Source: an uncultured Rhodospirillaceae bacterium (GTDB lineage Bacteria; Pseudomonadota; Alphaproteobacteria; UBA8366). Taken from it: DNA of 64,000 nt. Positions within the stretch are counted from its first letter, which is position 1; each line of letters opens with the position of its first letter. The notes below the pieces were generated by a model. That model did no database searches, was not told the DNA's origin, and worked only from the letters and a program-made list of their open reading frames with translations. The DNA lies in the NCBI GenBank assembly GCA_913043025.1, contig CAJWLM010000007.1, forward strand, positions 65,265 to 129,264, read 5' to 3'. This document shows positions 11,916-22,720 of this stretch, piece by piece. The position numbers and the translations under genes were made by a program.

Positions 11916-12081
11916 TAGCAATTAGAGCACAAAAAGGGAACTAATGCGGGTGTGGATTTATACTTACGGTGGCGCTCAAGGAACTTTTGCATCAATATTT
12001 AAGTCTTTAGATTAGCCGTTTTATTTTAGGAAATAAGAACTATGTTGTTAAGACCATTCTTGATTTTAGAAAGTCTTTAAT

Positions 12082-14196
12082 ATGAAGTTGAAAATACTTT
12101 TTTTAATGATTTTCCTGTATTTTCCTATTGCAGATGCAAATTGCGCTTCAAGTGAATGGCAGCGTGAAGAGCAAGTTGCCGTGCGATTAGTCAGTGCATT
12201 TAGTTCAACTGGTTCAGGCACCACGGTTCCTTTAGGATTACAATTCAAGTTGAAACCTGGGTGGAAAATATATTGGCGTTCGCCGGGCGATGCAGGGCTA
12301 CCTCCAAAGGTGACATGGGATAGGTCTGAAAATGTAAAAGATTTAATTATTGGTTGGCCGGCTCCAAAGAGATTTTCCGTACTCGGCCTTGAAACACTCG
12401 GATACCTTGATGAGGTCATTCTGCCAGTGGAGTTGAAAACCATATTGTCCGGTGCAACTATCGTCAGAGCTAAAGTAGAATACCTTATTTGTGAAAAAGT
12501 TTGTATCCCATACGTCAACACCCTGGAGTTAAGCTTGCCAGCAGGTAGGGCAGTATTATCTGATTATTCGAATCTGATTTCCCAGTATATCGCACAGATA
12601 CCCCAGCGTGACAGCCGTCATGGCCTTAGCATAGAAAGTTCTCACCTGACGAAAAGCGGGGACAAAAATGAAATTATTTTTCGTGCGCAGAATAAAAACA
12701 ATTTTATACAGCCCGATATATATGTGGAGGGGCCGGCCGGCAGTCATTTTGGCAAGCCCGAGGTTATTATTACTCAAGATCGGAGGATGGCGGAATTGCG
12801 AGTTCTGGCTAGTGGCGTTGGACAGTCAGCACTTGAGCAAGGCGGCATAACAGCAACCTTAGTAGATGGTGATAAGTCGATTGAGGCAAAACTTTATCCT
12901 AAATACAAGCTTTCAAATATAAAAGCCTCATTACGTTTTTCCCAAAATGAAGAATTAACTTTAGCAGCGATTATCATATTGGCCCTGCTAGGAGGTTTAA
13001 TTCTCAATATAATGCCATGTGTTCTGCCGGTCCTATCGATTAAGCTTCTAGGGGTCATATCTAATGTAGGGAAAGATAGTAAAACAATTCGTGCGGGCTT
13101 TCTCGCTTCTGCCGCAGGCATCCTTTTTTCATTTATGATACTAGCCGTTGGTTTAATTGTTTTGAAAGCCGGGGGTGCTTCGGTCGGTTGGGGGATCCAA
13201 TTTCAACAACCGATTTTTCTTGCCTTTTTGAGCGTGGTGTTAGGACTTTTTGCATATAATCTTTTCGGCTTGTTTGAGGTGAAACTACCGGCTCGGGTGG
13301 GAAGCATTGTCGCTATGCCCTTGAATAGAGATAACCTGGCGGAGCATTTTTTTGCAGGTACGTTAGCAGCGCTAGTCGCTACACCCTGCTCTGCTCCATT
13401 TCTTGGCACTGCTGTCGGCTTCGCGTTGAGTCAGGGTTGGCTTGAGATCCTTTTAGTTTTTTCTTCTCTAGGTGTTGGTTTGGCATCACCATATCTCTTG
13501 GTAGCTCTTTTCCCTGGATTGGCGGGTTTTCTACCGCGACCTGGACCGTGGATGAACACAGTGAAACGTGTGCTTGGCGTCGCTTTGTTAGTTACTGTTG
13601 TATGGCTTCTCTATGTATTTGCCAACGTACTTGATATGGGCGGGGCTGCCGCACTCGGTGGATTGATAGTAACCATGGGTGTAATTTTATTGCTAAAAAA
13701 ACTACCGGGTTCAGTCCTAGGTCGGAGGTCGGGATTAATCGTCTTGTTTATGAGTGTAGCAGCAATCATTTTTCCAACAATGTGGAATACAGGGCTGAAG
13801 CCACTAGTTGATCGTCCTCATTCTTCGACAGCAGTATGGCGTGAATTCGACGCGGTCCAGATTAAGAATTTGGTGGCTGATGGAAAGACTGTTTTAGTCG
13901 ATGTAACGGCCGATTGGTGTGTTACGTGTCAGGTTAATAAGCGGTTTGTCCTCGATACAAACCGTGTGGTAGCGGCCCTTAAAACAGGCTCCATTGTTGG
14001 AATGAGAGCAGATTGGACCATGCCAAATAATGAAATAGCGAAATATCTTGGATCATTTGGGCATTTTGGCATACCATTCAACGTTGTATACGGCCCTGAA
14101 AAACCAGATGGCATCGTGCTGCCGGAATTACTTACGAGTGCAATCCTCACTAGAGTTTTTTATGAAGTGTCTGGTAAGAGAGGAACAGCTCAATAG
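12082..14196 (+). CDS. DsbD/ScsB-family thiol:disulfide reductase (periplasmic N-domain + CcdA-like membrane core + C-terminal thioredoxin)
   Basis: 704 aa; signal peptide; N-domain CEKVCIPY; membrane Cys motifs NIMPCVLPVLS and TPCSAPFLG; C-terminal thioredoxin motif DWCVTCQ. Confidence 0.9.
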   Translation: MKLKILFLMIFLYFPIADANCASSEWQREEQVAVRLVSAFSSTGSGTTVPLGLQFKLKPGWKIYWRSPGDAGLPPKVTWDRSENVKDLIIGWPAPKRFSVLGLETLGYLDEVILPVELKTILSGATIVRAKVEYLICEKVCIPYVNTLELSLPAGRAVLSDYSNLISQYIAQIPQRDSRHGLSIESSHLTKSGDKNEIIFRAQNKNNFIQPDIYVEGPAGSHFGKPEVIITQDRRMAELRVLASGVGQSALEQGGITATLVDGDKSIEAKLYPKYKLSNIKASLRFSQNEELTLAAIIILALLGGLILNIMPCVLPVLSIKLLGVISNVGKDSKTIRAGFLASAAGILFSFMILAVGLIVLKAGGASVGWGIQFQQPIFLAFLSVVLGLFAYNLFGLFEVKLPARVGSIVAMPLNRDNLAEHFFAGTLAALVATPCSAPFLGTAVGFALSQGWLEILLVFSSLGVGLASPYLLVALFPGLAGFLPRPGPWMNTVKRVLGVALLVTVVWLLYVFANVLDMGGAAALGGLIVTMGVILLLKKLPGSVLGRRSGLIVLFMSVAAIIFPTMWNTGLKPLVDRPHSSTAVWREFDAVQIKNLVADGKTVLVDVTADWCVTCQVNKRFVLDTNRVVAALKTGSIVGMRADWTMPNNEIAKYLGSFGHFGIPFNVVYGPEKPDGIVLPELLTSAILTRVFYEVSGKRGTAQ

Positions 14197-14301
14197 GTTC
14201 ACGGCACCTAAAAAATATTCGAATAAACGGGCACGTGGCAAGAATTCACGTTTCGCTAGTGGAATTACACTTTTGTAGGAGCAGTAAGTATTACACCTGA
14301 G

Positions 14302-14760
14302 CTAAATTGTATTGGCTTGGTGCGCTAATGCAGCATCCCGGGCCAGTGTATCTGCGCGTTCATTTTGCTGGTGTCCAGCGTGTCCCTTAATCCAGTGCCA
14401 CTGCACTGCGTGGCTACTAGCGACCTTTTCAAGTCGTCTCCACAGGTCTTCATTTTTAACGGCCTTCTTGGATGCGGTTTTCCACCCGTTTTTCTTCCAT
14501 CCATGAATCCATTTGGTAATTCCGTCACGCACATAGATGCTATCTGTGTAAAGGTCGACTGCGACAGGCGTAGTAAGAATCTCAAGGGCGCAAATTGCAG
14601 CCATAAGCTCCATGCGATTGTTGGTGGTATTTGTGTCGCCGCCTGAAAGTTCTTTTTCGGTTTCTGCAAATTGCAAAATAGCGCCCCAACCACCCGGCCC
14701 AGGATTACCTGAGCAAGCACCGTCGGTAAAGATCTTAACTCTTTCATTTTTTTCACTCAT
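14302..14760 (-). CDS. rnhA: ribonuclease HI
   Basis: 152 aa; [39 protein letters not shown] motifs; ATGA overlap with thrB. Confidence 0.95.
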   Translation of the reverse strand: MSEKNERVKIFTDGACSGNPGPGGWGAILQFAETEKELSGGDTNTTNNRMELMAAICALEILTTPVAVDLYTDSIYVRDGITKWIHGWKKNGWKTASKKAVKNEDLWRRLEKVASSHAVQWHWIKGHAGHQQNERADTLARDAALAHQANTI

Positions 14761-15719
14761 TCAAGACCATACTCAGTTATTTCAGAGATCTTCTGGTGGA
14801 AACTCAAAATATGGTAGTATTCGGCCGGGTTTTTTGGCCTTACTAATGCATCGGTTGGATTGTTAATCCAGTCGAAGAGCCGTGTCAGTAGAAAGCGGAC
14901 AGCTCCACCACGAGCTAGTGTGGGGAATGCTTTTAATTCCGTCACTGTTAATTGCCGGACACTGCAATAGCCTGTAAGCAGGGAATGTGCCCTTGACAGA
15001 TCGATAGACCCCTTTTGATTGAAGCACCAAGCGTTAAGACATATGGCAAGATCGTAAGCTAGGAAGTCATTGCAAGCAAAATAGAAATCGATCAAGCCCG
15101 ATAATTTTTTCCGCAAGAAAAATACATTATCGGGGAATAAGTCAGCATGGCATGTACCAGCAGGGAGGCATGTGGGCCAGTGCTCGTGTAAATATTCGAT
15201 TTCTCGTTCTAAAAATTTTTTTAGACCTGGTTGTACTTGATCAATGTACTGACCACACGAGTAAAGTAGGGGACGCCAAGCTGTAAGTGCGAGACTATTT
15301 TCACGGTTCATAGGAAATTGGAGACTGGCGAGATGCATTTTAGCGAGGGCCTCCCCGACCATTTTGCAATGGCTCGTATCAATCTTACGGGGAGACATGC
15401 CATCAAGAAATGAGATAATTGCGGCTGGTTTTCCGCAGACTTCCCGTAAGCCTTTACCATCACGTCCGTGTAAAACAGTAGGGCATGGTATACCTCTTTC
15501 CTCCAGATACTCCATCAAATTAAGAAAGTAGGGTAGGTCTGAGGGATCTACTCGCTTCTCATAAAGTGTAAGAATAAATCGTCCCTGAGTGGTCGTTAGA
15601 AGGAAATTACTATTTTCAACTCCCTCCGCAATACCTTTGCATGATAGTATTGAACCAATATCGTATTCGGTGACAAAATCGTCTAGCGCATCATCCGGCA
15701 CTTCTGTGTATACAGCCAT
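14757..15719 (-). CDS. thrB: homoserine kinase, aminoglycoside-phosphotransferase-fold type
   Basis: 320 aa; N-terminus MAVYTEV...[22 protein letters not shown] and [11 protein letters not shown] catalytic loop. Confidence 0.92.
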   Translation of the reverse strand: MAVYTEVPDDALDDFVTEYDIGSILSCKGIAEGVENSNFLLTTTQGRFILTLYEKRVDPSDLPYFLNLMEYLEERGIPCPTVLHGRDGKGLREVCGKPAAIISFLDGMSPRKIDTSHCKMVGEALAKMHLASLQFPMNRENSLALTAWRPLLYSCGQYIDQVQPGLKKFLEREIEYLHEHWPTCLPAGTCHADLFPDNVFFLRKKLSGLIDFYFACNDFLAYDLAICLNAWCFNQKGSIDLSRAHSLLTGYCSVRQLTVTELKAFPTLARGGAVRFLLTRLFDWINNPTDALVRPKNPAEYYHILSFHQKISEITEYGLE

Positions 15720-15982
15720 TTTTTACCAACGAGTGTTGCTTATGGTTATTCTTGCAAAATCAATTTATTTGGTAACCTTTGGTTTAATTGATGTAGTTGT
15801 ACTTTTTTATTCGGGTACCCACGAAGAAAAAACGAACGAATATGTCAGTCCTTTGCAACGCGGTTTATTTGTGTTGCCGCCTGCTCCCATCTATAACGAA
15901 TACTATTGGCCGAATTTACGTTAGCAAAGTAAAAAGTTTGCTTTACGTTGTTCTGAATTTTAAAGGTGAGTGATCTATCATT

Positions 15983-16549
15983 GTGATTCTAATGTTAAAG
16001 TTCCATTCATTTATTCGCCAGACCATAAAAATGATGATGTTAATATCGTTGATGGGTGGTTGTGCCTTAATGGACGAAACAACCGGTGATCCCGATGTGT
16101 GTCCTATGCCTACAATATTTAAAACCGGGCAAGAATTAGTGAGATTCAGACCTGGCGTCGGATACGACCTCAACAAAACTGTCTTCCACGTTAAGCTTAA
16201 TACCTTCGATGGCGAATGTGATATTGGGAAAAAAGAAATAACTTTAAATATTGCTCTCAGCATGACTGCTCTTCGGGGAGCTGCAATGATAAAAGATAAG
16301 GCTGAGTTTGCTTATTGGGTATGGGTTGTTGATCGTGAAAAGAAAGTTCTTACCCGTAATCGCACACCAGTAATTGCAAAGTTTGAGGGGCGCGACTCGC
16401 GGATTGATTTCAGTGATATTTTTGACGTTATTATTCCGCAACGGCTCGATCATTCCCCGCCGGATTGGCGTATCTATATTGGCCTTGAACTGACTAAGGA
16501 GGAATTAGCTTATAATCGGCGTCGACTCGGTAGTACGCGTCGTCGCTGA
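15983..16549 (+). CDS. putative lipoprotein, unknown function
   Basis: 188 aa; basic n-region, hydrophobic MMMLISLMGG followed by Cys (lipobox-like LMGGC); strongly basic C-terminus RRRLGSTRRR; no family recognised. Confidence 0.6.
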   Translation: MILMLKFHSFIRQTIKMMMLISLMGGCALMDETTGDPDVCPMPTIFKTGQELVRFRPGVGYDLNKTVFHVKLNTFDGECDIGKKEITLNIALSMTALRGAAMIKDKAEFAYWVWVVDREKKVLTRNRTPVIAKFEGRDSRIDFSDIFDVIIPQRLDHSPPDWRIYIGLELTKEELAYNRRRLGSTRRR

Positions 16550-16639
16550 CTACGCGTAAACGTAAAAGAGATAAATTTTAGGCTGAAGACGTTGCGTTAC
16601 TGGGCTGGTGTCGTTACATTGTATGAATATACCCTATGA

Positions 16640-16830
16640 CCCTAGCGGGAGAGACCGACATTTAATATCCGTCGGCGCCGAAGGAGCAACCTACTCGGGA
16701 ATCTCTCAGGCAAAAGGACCGTTAGGTGAGGGGCCTCTGGAAAGCAGGTGTGCTCATACGGGTTCACCTCACCGACGGGGTAAATCGGTTGTTGCCGGTG
16801 ATACTCTCAGGTTCCGTGACAGAGCTGGGT
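16640..16830 (+). promoter_or_regulatory. tandem glycine riboswitch (two aptamers) controlling gcvTHP
   Basis: Aptamer 1: CGGGAGAG...CGCCGAAGGAGCAA...CTCTCAGGCAAAAGGACCG (16646-16721); aptamer 2: CTCTGGAAAG...CACCGACGGGGTAA...CTCTCAGGTTCCGTGACAGAG (16735-16824); immediately 5' of gcvT. Confidence 0.92.
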
Positions 16831-16863
16831 GGTGCTCATAGTTTAGGGTGAGTGCGCTAGTTT

Positions 16864-18003
16864 TTGTTAATGGAGACGCGGCCAGTGGCAGAGGATAAAA
16901 TACTTTCAAAAACACCCTTACATAAGCTGCATGTAGCGCACGGCGGTCGTATGGTTTCTTTTGCAGGATACTCATTGCCTGTTCAATATCAGGGTGGGAT
17001 TGTCAAAGAGCATCTGCATACTCGCAATGCTGCCGGATTGTTTGACGTTTCGCACATGGGTCAACTCGAGGTTTCTGGAGAAAACCGTGCAGCAGCAATC
17101 GAGAGACTAGTTCCTGCGGATGTGAATGGTTTGGCAAAAGGGCAAGTTTGCTACAGTCAATTCACTAATGGTGAGGGTGGGATTCTTGATGACCTTCTAA
17201 TCTCTAATAATGGCGACCGGCTAGGTCTAGTCGTGAATGCTGCTTGTAAGGATGCTGATATTAAACACTTGAAAGAGCATCTCCCTGAAAGCTGTGGTCT
17301 TCATTATCTGCAAAAACGAGCACTCCTAGCTTTGCAAGGACCTAAAACAGTACAAGTGCTCAAAAGACATTGTGATATAGATTTCGATCAATTCGGTTTT
17401 ATGACACGCCGCCATGCTGTTCTTTTTGGGGTCGAAGTAGTACTCAGTAGGTCAGGCTATACAGGGGAAGATGGCTTTGAAATCTCCGTGGACGGCGAAA
17501 AAGCAGAAAGGTTAGCCGAATGTTTGCTAGGTGAGAAAGAGGTACTATTGGCTGGACTTGGCGCCCGCGACTCGCTGCGCCTAGAAGCTGGACTATGCCT
17601 TTATGGTCAAGACCTCGATGAGTCGACTACCCCCGTGGAGGCCAATTTAGAATGGTCTGTAGGGGCCCGCCGGCGCAATTCTGGTGATTTCATTGGCGCG
17701 GATGTTGTTTTAGAACAGCTTGCCTCTGGCACCACACGTAAGCGGGTTGGGCTAGCGCCAGAAGGTCGAGCACCTTTAAGAGGAGGTACTCAATTACGAG
17801 ATTCAGCTGGCGTTGACGTAGGCAAAATTACAAGTGGGGGTTTTAGCCCAACACTTGGATCTCCTGTAGCAATGGGTTATGTGGCATCCACATGTGCCGC
17901 GATCGGTACCAAGTTCTTTGCAGAACTTCGAGGTAAAACCATATCTGCCACCGTTGTGCCCATGCCAATGGTTCAGACACAGTATTATAGAATTAAAAAT
18001 TGA
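16864..18003 (+). CDS. gcvT: glycine cleavage system aminomethyltransferase (T protein)
   Basis: 379 aa; TPLHKLHVAHGGRMVSFAGYSLPVQY, LFDVSHMGQ motifs; probable ATG start at 16870. Confidence 0.96.
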   Translation: MLMETRPVAEDKILSKTPLHKLHVAHGGRMVSFAGYSLPVQYQGGIVKEHLHTRNAAGLFDVSHMGQLEVSGENRAAAIERLVPADVNGLAKGQVCYSQFTNGEGGILDDLLISNNGDRLGLVVNAACKDADIKHLKEHLPESCGLHYLQKRALLALQGPKTVQVLKRHCDIDFDQFGFMTRRHAVLFGVEVVLSRSGYTGEDGFEISVDGEKAERLAECLLGEKEVLLAGLGARDSLRLEAGLCLYGQDLDESTTPVEANLEWSVGARRRNSGDFIGADVVLEQLASGTTRKRVGLAPEGRAPLRGGTQLRDSAGVDVGKITSGGFSPTLGSPVAMGYVASTCAAIGTKFFAELRGKTISATVVPMPMVQTQYYRIKN

Positions 18004-18025
18004 AGATTAGTGGAGGTTGAGCATT

Positions 18026-18403
18026 ATGACAGACGTAAAATATAGCAAAGACCATGAATGGCTTACCTTAGATGGAGAGATTGCTACGATTGGTATTACC
18101 AGCTTTGCTCAGCAGCAACTGGGAGATGTGGTGTTTGTAGAATTGCCAGCAGTCGGGAAGACAGTGGTTAAGGGGGATGAGGTAGCTGTGGTTGAGTCGG
18201 TAAAGGCAGCAGCGGAAGTATATACTCCGGTGTCAGGGGAAGTTTCTGAAGTCAATGCCGCCCTAGACAGTGCTCCGGAAACTGTGAATAGCGATCCACA
18301 AGGAGGTGCATGGTTCTTTAAAATTAGGCTTTCGGACACGACCGAACTAGATAGTTTAATGGATAGTGCTGCTTATGATGAATTTGCTGTGGAGGAGGGT
18401 TGA
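18026..18403 (+). CDS. gcvH: glycine cleavage system H protein
   Basis: Lipoyl-lysine motif VESVKAA, N-terminal YSKDHEWL; ATG 18026 preceded by GGAGG (track ORF starts at TTG 18017). Confidence 0.96.
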   Translation: MTDVKYSKDHEWLTLDGEIATIGITSFAQQQLGDVVFVELPAVGKTVVKGDEVAVVESVKAAAEVYTPVSGEVSEVNAALDSAPETVNSDPQGGAWFFKIRLSDTTELDSLMDSAAYDEFAVEEG

Positions 18404-21294
18404 CAATGCCTAGAGGTGATGAAGTGGCTCGGAGTAAGCTAACTCTGAAAGAACTCGAGCAACATGACGACTTTATCGGTCGGCATATTGGCCCGAGGGA
18501 CAGCGAGATTCAGCAAATGTTGGGGGAGCTGAAGGTAAGATCGCTGGAAGAGTTGATGGAAAAGATCGTGCCCGACTCCATTCGGGATACCAGTGCACTT
18601 AGTTTGCCGCCTTCAAAGGGAGAAAAAGAGGTAATCGAGAGGCTTCGTGAAATAGCAAAATCAAACCAGGTTATGCGCTCCATGATAGGCTGCGGTTATT
18701 ACGATACTGTCACCCCAAATGTAATAATCAGAAACGTTCTCGAAAATCCAGGATGGTATACTGCTTACACTCCATATCAACCAGAGATAAGTCAAGGGCG
18801 GTTGGAAGCAGTATTGAACTTCCAGACAATGGTCTCTGAGCTTACCGGAATGAGCATAGCTAACGCCTCTCTACTTGATGAGGCATCAGCAGCAGCAGAG
18901 GCGATGACATTGCTTCACAGGTTGTCAAAAAAGAAGTCTAATTGTTTTTTTGTCGCAGCAAACTGTCATCCACAAACTATTACTGTTTTGAAGACGAAAG
19001 CTACACCACTAGGGATTGAGTTGAAAATTGGTGATCCTTCTTCAGAGTTAAAATTTGAAGATCCATTTGGTGTCTTGCTGCAATATCCGACCACAGATGG
19101 TGCCGTAAATGACTACTCGTCACTTGTAGCAGAAGCCCACAACAATGATATTTTCGTTGCTGTTGCGACGGATCTTCTGAGCTTGATGCTGCTACAACCA
19201 CCGGGCGATTGGGGCGCGGATTTGGTTTTCGGTAGCGCTCAACGGTTTGGAGTGCCGATGGGCTGTGGCGGGCCACACGCAGCCTTTTTTGCAACCTCAG
19301 ATGCTCTTAAACGCTCTCTGCCCGGGCGCTTAGTCGGGGTGTCAGTTGATACGAGGGGCAATCCAGCGCTCAGGCTTTCATTGCAGACACGGGAACAACA
19401 TATTCGACGGGAGAAGGCTACCAGCAACATATGTACCGCACAGGTGTTGTTGGCTGTGATGGCGGGTCTCTATGCAGTTTACCACGGACCGCAACGATTG
19501 AAAAAGATTGCAGAGCGCGTACATCGGCTCGCCACAACATTAGCATTTGGATTGAGTAAAATCGGCTTCAATCTCTCAAACAATGCATACTTTGATACGC
19601 TTTCTGTAATCACGGATGATGCCGATAAATTGATTGCCGATGCGGCATCAGAAGGAATAAATTTGCGGAAAATAGAGGCTGGTAAAATTGGTATAGCAGT
19701 CGACGAAACTACCTCCCGTGCTGACATTGAAGTGCTTTGGAGGGTCTTTGACCCTATCAACGGTGATGGGCTGGATTTCAATTTGATTGAAGAGGGCGTT
19801 ATTGATGCCATCCCTCATAGTTTGCGGCGTAACGGACCATTACTTAATCATCCAATTTTTCACAAGTATCACTCTGAGACTGAAATGTTGCGATACTTGC
19901 ATCGACTTCAGGCTAAAGATATAGCACTCGACAAAGCCATGATACCACTTGGCTCTTGCACCATGAAGTTAAATGCAACTGCTGAGATGATACCAATTAC
20001 TTGGAAAGAGTTTAGCTCTATTCACCCATTTGCACCAGAAGAGCAAACAACAGGTTACCAGATTTTAACAGATAGCCTAATTGATATGCTTTGCAGGATT
20101 ACGGGCTTTCATTCATTTTCATTGCAGCCTAATGCGGGAAGCCAAGGAGAATATGCTGGCTTGCTTGCAATCCGCGCTTACCATGAGGCTAATGGGAATT
20201 CTCAACGTGATGTTTGCTTAATTCCCAGTTCTGCTCATGGCACTAATCCTGCGAGTGCAGTGCTGGCAGGAATGAAAGTTGTCGTGATCGATTGCGATTC
20301 CGGCGGCAATATAGATTTAGCGGATCTAGCGAAAAAAGCTGAGGAACATAGAAAGTGCTTGGCTGGGTTGATGGTAACGTACCCGTCAACCCATGGAGTT
20401 TTTGAATCCGCCATTAGCGAAGTATGTGACATTGTTCATGGTCATGGTGGGCAGGTCTACATGGATGGGGCTAATCTTAATGCCCTCGTTGGTGTTGCTC
20501 GGCCAGGTCACTTTGGACCGGATGTTGCCCATGTAAATCTGCACAAAACCTTTTGTATTCCTCATGGTGGAGGTGGACCTGGGGTTGGGCCTATTGGTGT
20601 TGGTAAGCATCTCGCTCCTTTCTTGCCTGGGCATCCTCAGAAAGTGCAATCTCAAGCCGTCACCGCAGCACCGTGGGGAAGTGCGGGGATATTGCCAATT
20701 TCATGGGCATACATAGCGATGATGGGGCATGATGGATTAAAAAAAGCTACGGAAGTAGCTATTTTAAATGCAAATTACATAGCACGGCGGTTAAGCTCTC
20801 ATTTCCCAGTGCTGTATACCGGCCCCAACGGGTTTGTTGCCCATGAATGCATAATTGATGTGAGGCAATTCAAAGAAACCGCTGGCATTACGGTTGACGA
20901 TATAGCAAAGAGGTTAATGGATTATGGCTTCCATGCACCGACAATGTCATTTCCGGTGCCTGGTACTCTAATGATTGAGCCTACAGAGAGTGAATCGAAG
21001 ACTGAGCTTGACCGGTTTTGTGAAGCGATGATCGGAATACGTTGTGAGATTGATCAAATTGTATCCGGAAAACTGCCTAGAGACGATAATCCATTGGTTA
21101 ACGCCCCTCACACAGCCGCTGACATATCGGATTGGCATAACTGTTACCCTATCGAACTAGCTCTCTTCCCAACTTCTGCTCCTTTGAGTGAAAAATATTG
21201 GCCTGCGGTTAATCGCGTTGATCAAGTTTATGGTGACCGTAATTTGGTTTGTAGTTGTCTACCACTGGAAGCTTATAAAGATGCTGCCGAATAG
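18400..21294 (+). CDS. gcvP: glycine dehydrogenase (decarboxylating), single-chain P protein
   Basis: 964 aa; [14 protein letters not shown] and PLP-lysine region [16 protein letters not shown]; overlaps gcvH stop. Confidence 0.97.
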   Translation: MTMPRGDEVARSKLTLKELEQHDDFIGRHIGPRDSEIQQMLGELKVRSLEELMEKIVPDSIRDTSALSLPPSKGEKEVIERLREIAKSNQVMRSMIGCGYYDTVTPNVIIRNVLENPGWYTAYTPYQPEISQGRLEAVLNFQTMVSELTGMSIANASLLDEASAAAEAMTLLHRLSKKKSNCFFVAANCHPQTITVLKTKATPLGIELKIGDPSSELKFEDPFGVLLQYPTTDGAVNDYSSLVAEAHNNDIFVAVATDLLSLMLLQPPGDWGADLVFGSAQRFGVPMGCGGPHAAFFATSDALKRSLPGRLVGVSVDTRGNPALRLSLQTREQHIRREKATSNICTAQVLLAVMAGLYAVYHGPQRLKKIAERVHRLATTLAFGLSKIGFNLSNNAYFDTLSVITDDADKLIADAASEGINLRKIEAGKIGIAVDETTSRADIEVLWRVFDPINGDGLDFNLIEEGVIDAIPHSLRRNGPLLNHPIFHKYHSETEMLRYLHRLQAKDIALDKAMIPLGSCTMKLNATAEMIPITWKEFSSIHPFAPEEQTTGYQILTDSLIDMLCRITGFHSFSLQPNAGSQGEYAGLLAIRAYHEANGNSQRDVCLIPSSAHGTNPASAVLAGMKVVVIDCDSGGNIDLADLAKKAEEHRKCLAGLMVTYPSTHGVFESAISEVCDIVHGHGGQVYMDGANLNALVGVARPGHFGPDVAHVNLHKTFCIPHGGGGPGVGPIGVGKHLAPFLPGHPQKVQSQAVTAAPWGSAGILPISWAYIAMMGHDGLKKATEVAILNANYIARRLSSHFPVLYTGPNGFVAHECIIDVRQFKETAGITVDDIAKRLMDYGFHAPTMSFPVPGTLMIEPTESESKTELDRFCEAMIGIRCEIDQIVSGKLPRDDNPLVNAPHTAADISDWHNCYPIELALFPTSAPLSEKYWPAVNRVDQVYGDRNLVCSCLPLEAYKDAAE

Positions 21295-21399
21295 TTTAGG
21301 TAAGTAAAAAATGAGAGTTAACTTTGATTTATGTGTCATGAGAAAACTCTATATATCTTAAAGGCTTGGCAGCAATCAAAAGAGCCAATGCAGCTTTAC

Positions 21400-21879
21400 T
21401 CAGAATCTCTTGCCGAGTTCAGCAATTGAACCTTCAGCCAACTCCTTACCTTTTTTCCCGGCGAGACGGTCCTCGAGAACCTTTTCTGTTGCGTCTATCG
21501 CGAGATCAACTGCCGTATTTTTAATCCTGGATACCGCCGCCGCCTCTAATTGCGAGATTTTTTCAGTTGCCAGTTCTTCTTGACGTTTCAATGCTGCCTC
21601 AATACTACCCTCAGCTTCCCTGCGGAGCCTAGTTGCATCATCTTGGGCACGAGAAACGATAGCTTCCGCTTCTTGTAGGGCCTCTCGCTGTTTGCGGTGA
21701 TAGCTAGCAAGAAGCGCTTCGGCCTCTTCGCGTAGTTCTTGAGCTTCCTCAATATCTGCTTTGATTTGATCTATTTTTTTATCGAGACCGGACAATATAG
21801 CTTTTTTGGCTGGTCTAAAAACAGCAAGAACAAATAGAAAAAAGGAAACCGCAACCCAAGCGGTTGGGTCTAAATTCAT
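21400..21879 (-). CDS. atpF: F0F1 ATP synthase F0 subunit b
   Basis: N-terminal TM (WVAVSFFLFVLAV) + long charged helix; start set to ATG 21879 (overlaps b' TAA by 1 nt); last gene of F0 operon. Confidence 0.88.
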   Translation of the reverse strand: MNLDPTAWVAVSFFLFVLAVFRPAKKAILSGLDKKIDQIKADIEEAQELREEAEALLASYHRKQREALQEAEAIVSRAQDDATRLRREAEGSIEAALKRQEELATEKISQLEAAAVSRIKNTAVDLAIDATEKVLEDRLAGKKGKELAEGSIAELGKRF

Positions 21880-22370
21880 TATTTTACCCTCACTAAAGCT
21901 GCCTCTATAGCTGCGGTTGCATTTTTGTTTGATGTGTCCCCACAACCGAGTTTTTCAGTCGCCAAACACACCAAGTCAGCTGAAAGAGAATTCACTTCGC
22001 CGGCAGCGCGCTGCTCTTCATGGGAAATTGCAGCCTCTGCTTCTAGGACGCGTCCGACGATTGATTGAGCCACCTCATCTAGGCGCCTTGCTCGTTCAGC
22101 GGACATCTCATCAGACACTTTATGAATTATCTCTTGTGCTTTTGCAGATGCCTTGGCGAGTGAATTTTCATAGGCTGCAAGAACACTCTCTGCTTCAATC
22201 TTTACAGCTTTGGCTTTTCCCAAATCAGCCTCAATTCGTGACTGCCGGACTTCACGGATACGCGATATCCTTGGTAGCGCAATCTTCCATAGAACAACGA
22301 ATAAAAGGCTAAATACAACAATCAGCCAAAAAAGTTGGGTTGGATAGTAAGTTGGGTCAAGTTGTGGCAT
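21879..22370 (-). CDS. atpF2: F0F1 ATP synthase F0 subunit b'
   Basis: 163 aa; MPQLDPTYYPTQLFWLIVVF N-terminus typical of b'; TM + Ala/Glu-rich helix; follows atpE. Confidence 0.88.
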   Translation of the reverse strand: MPQLDPTYYPTQLFWLIVVFSLLFVVLWKIALPRISRIREVRQSRIEADLGKAKAVKIEAESVLAAYENSLAKASAKAQEIIHKVSDEMSAERARRLDEVAQSIVGRVLEAEAAISHEEQRAAGEVNSLSADLVCLATEKLGCGDTSNKNATAAIEAALVRVK

Positions 22371-22421
22371 CGCTGACGCGCCTTTTTTAAGCTGATTCGG
22401 CCGACATTACTCAAATAGGCA

Positions 22422-22646
22422 TTACTTAAACAGAATGAGCAACGCAATTACGAGCGCGAAAAGTGCTATTGCTTCCACTAGCGCAAAACCAAGCATGGTC
22501 ATTGTAAATACTTCATTCCGAGCGGCTGGATTACGTCCGACAGCTAAGATGAAGGATGAAAATACGTTGCCGATACCAATCCCCGAGCCGACCATTCCAA
22601 TCACGGCAAGACCGGCGCCAATGAGTTTTGCGGCTTCAATATCCAT
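22422..22646 (-). CDS. atpE: F0F1 ATP synthase F0 subunit c
   Basis: Hairpin proteolipid, GRNPAA loop and carboxylate helix [13 protein letters not shown]; start set to ATG at 22646 (MDIEAAK...). Confidence 0.95.
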   Translation of the reverse strand: MDIEAAKLIGAGLAVIGMVGSGIGIGNVFSSFILAVGRNPAARNEVFTMTMLGFALVEAIALFALVIALLILFK

Positions 22647-22720
22647 GAGTTTATTCCTTTTCAATTAGAAGTTGAGTGTACGGTTTATTCTTAGGGGCGG
22701 ATACCCCGATATTCAATTCA

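Noticed and set aside
12066-12521. 151-aa antisense ORF over the 5' end of the DsbD-like gene
   Set aside because: It is fully overlapped by a 704-aa gene with clear domain motifs and has no features of its own.
14325-14756. 143-aa same-strand alternative-frame ORF overlapping rnhA, plus plus-strand ORFs 14312-14866
   Set aside because: The rnhA frame carries all RNase HI catalytic motifs. The alternative frames have no recognisable features and are explained by chance lack of stops.
15589-16263. ORFs 15589-15924 (+) and 15943-16263 (-) around the thrB/lipoprotein spacer, plus a small hairpin AGCAAA-N8-TTTGCT near 15925-15945
   Set aside because: The ORFs overlap better-supported genes antisense. 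The hairpin is short, with no upstream gene to terminate, so it is insufficient to call an sRNA or terminator.
16608-16975. 77-aa and 68-aa ORFs over the gcvT leader
   Set aside because: The region is explained by the tandem glycine riboswitch, and the ORFs have no start context.
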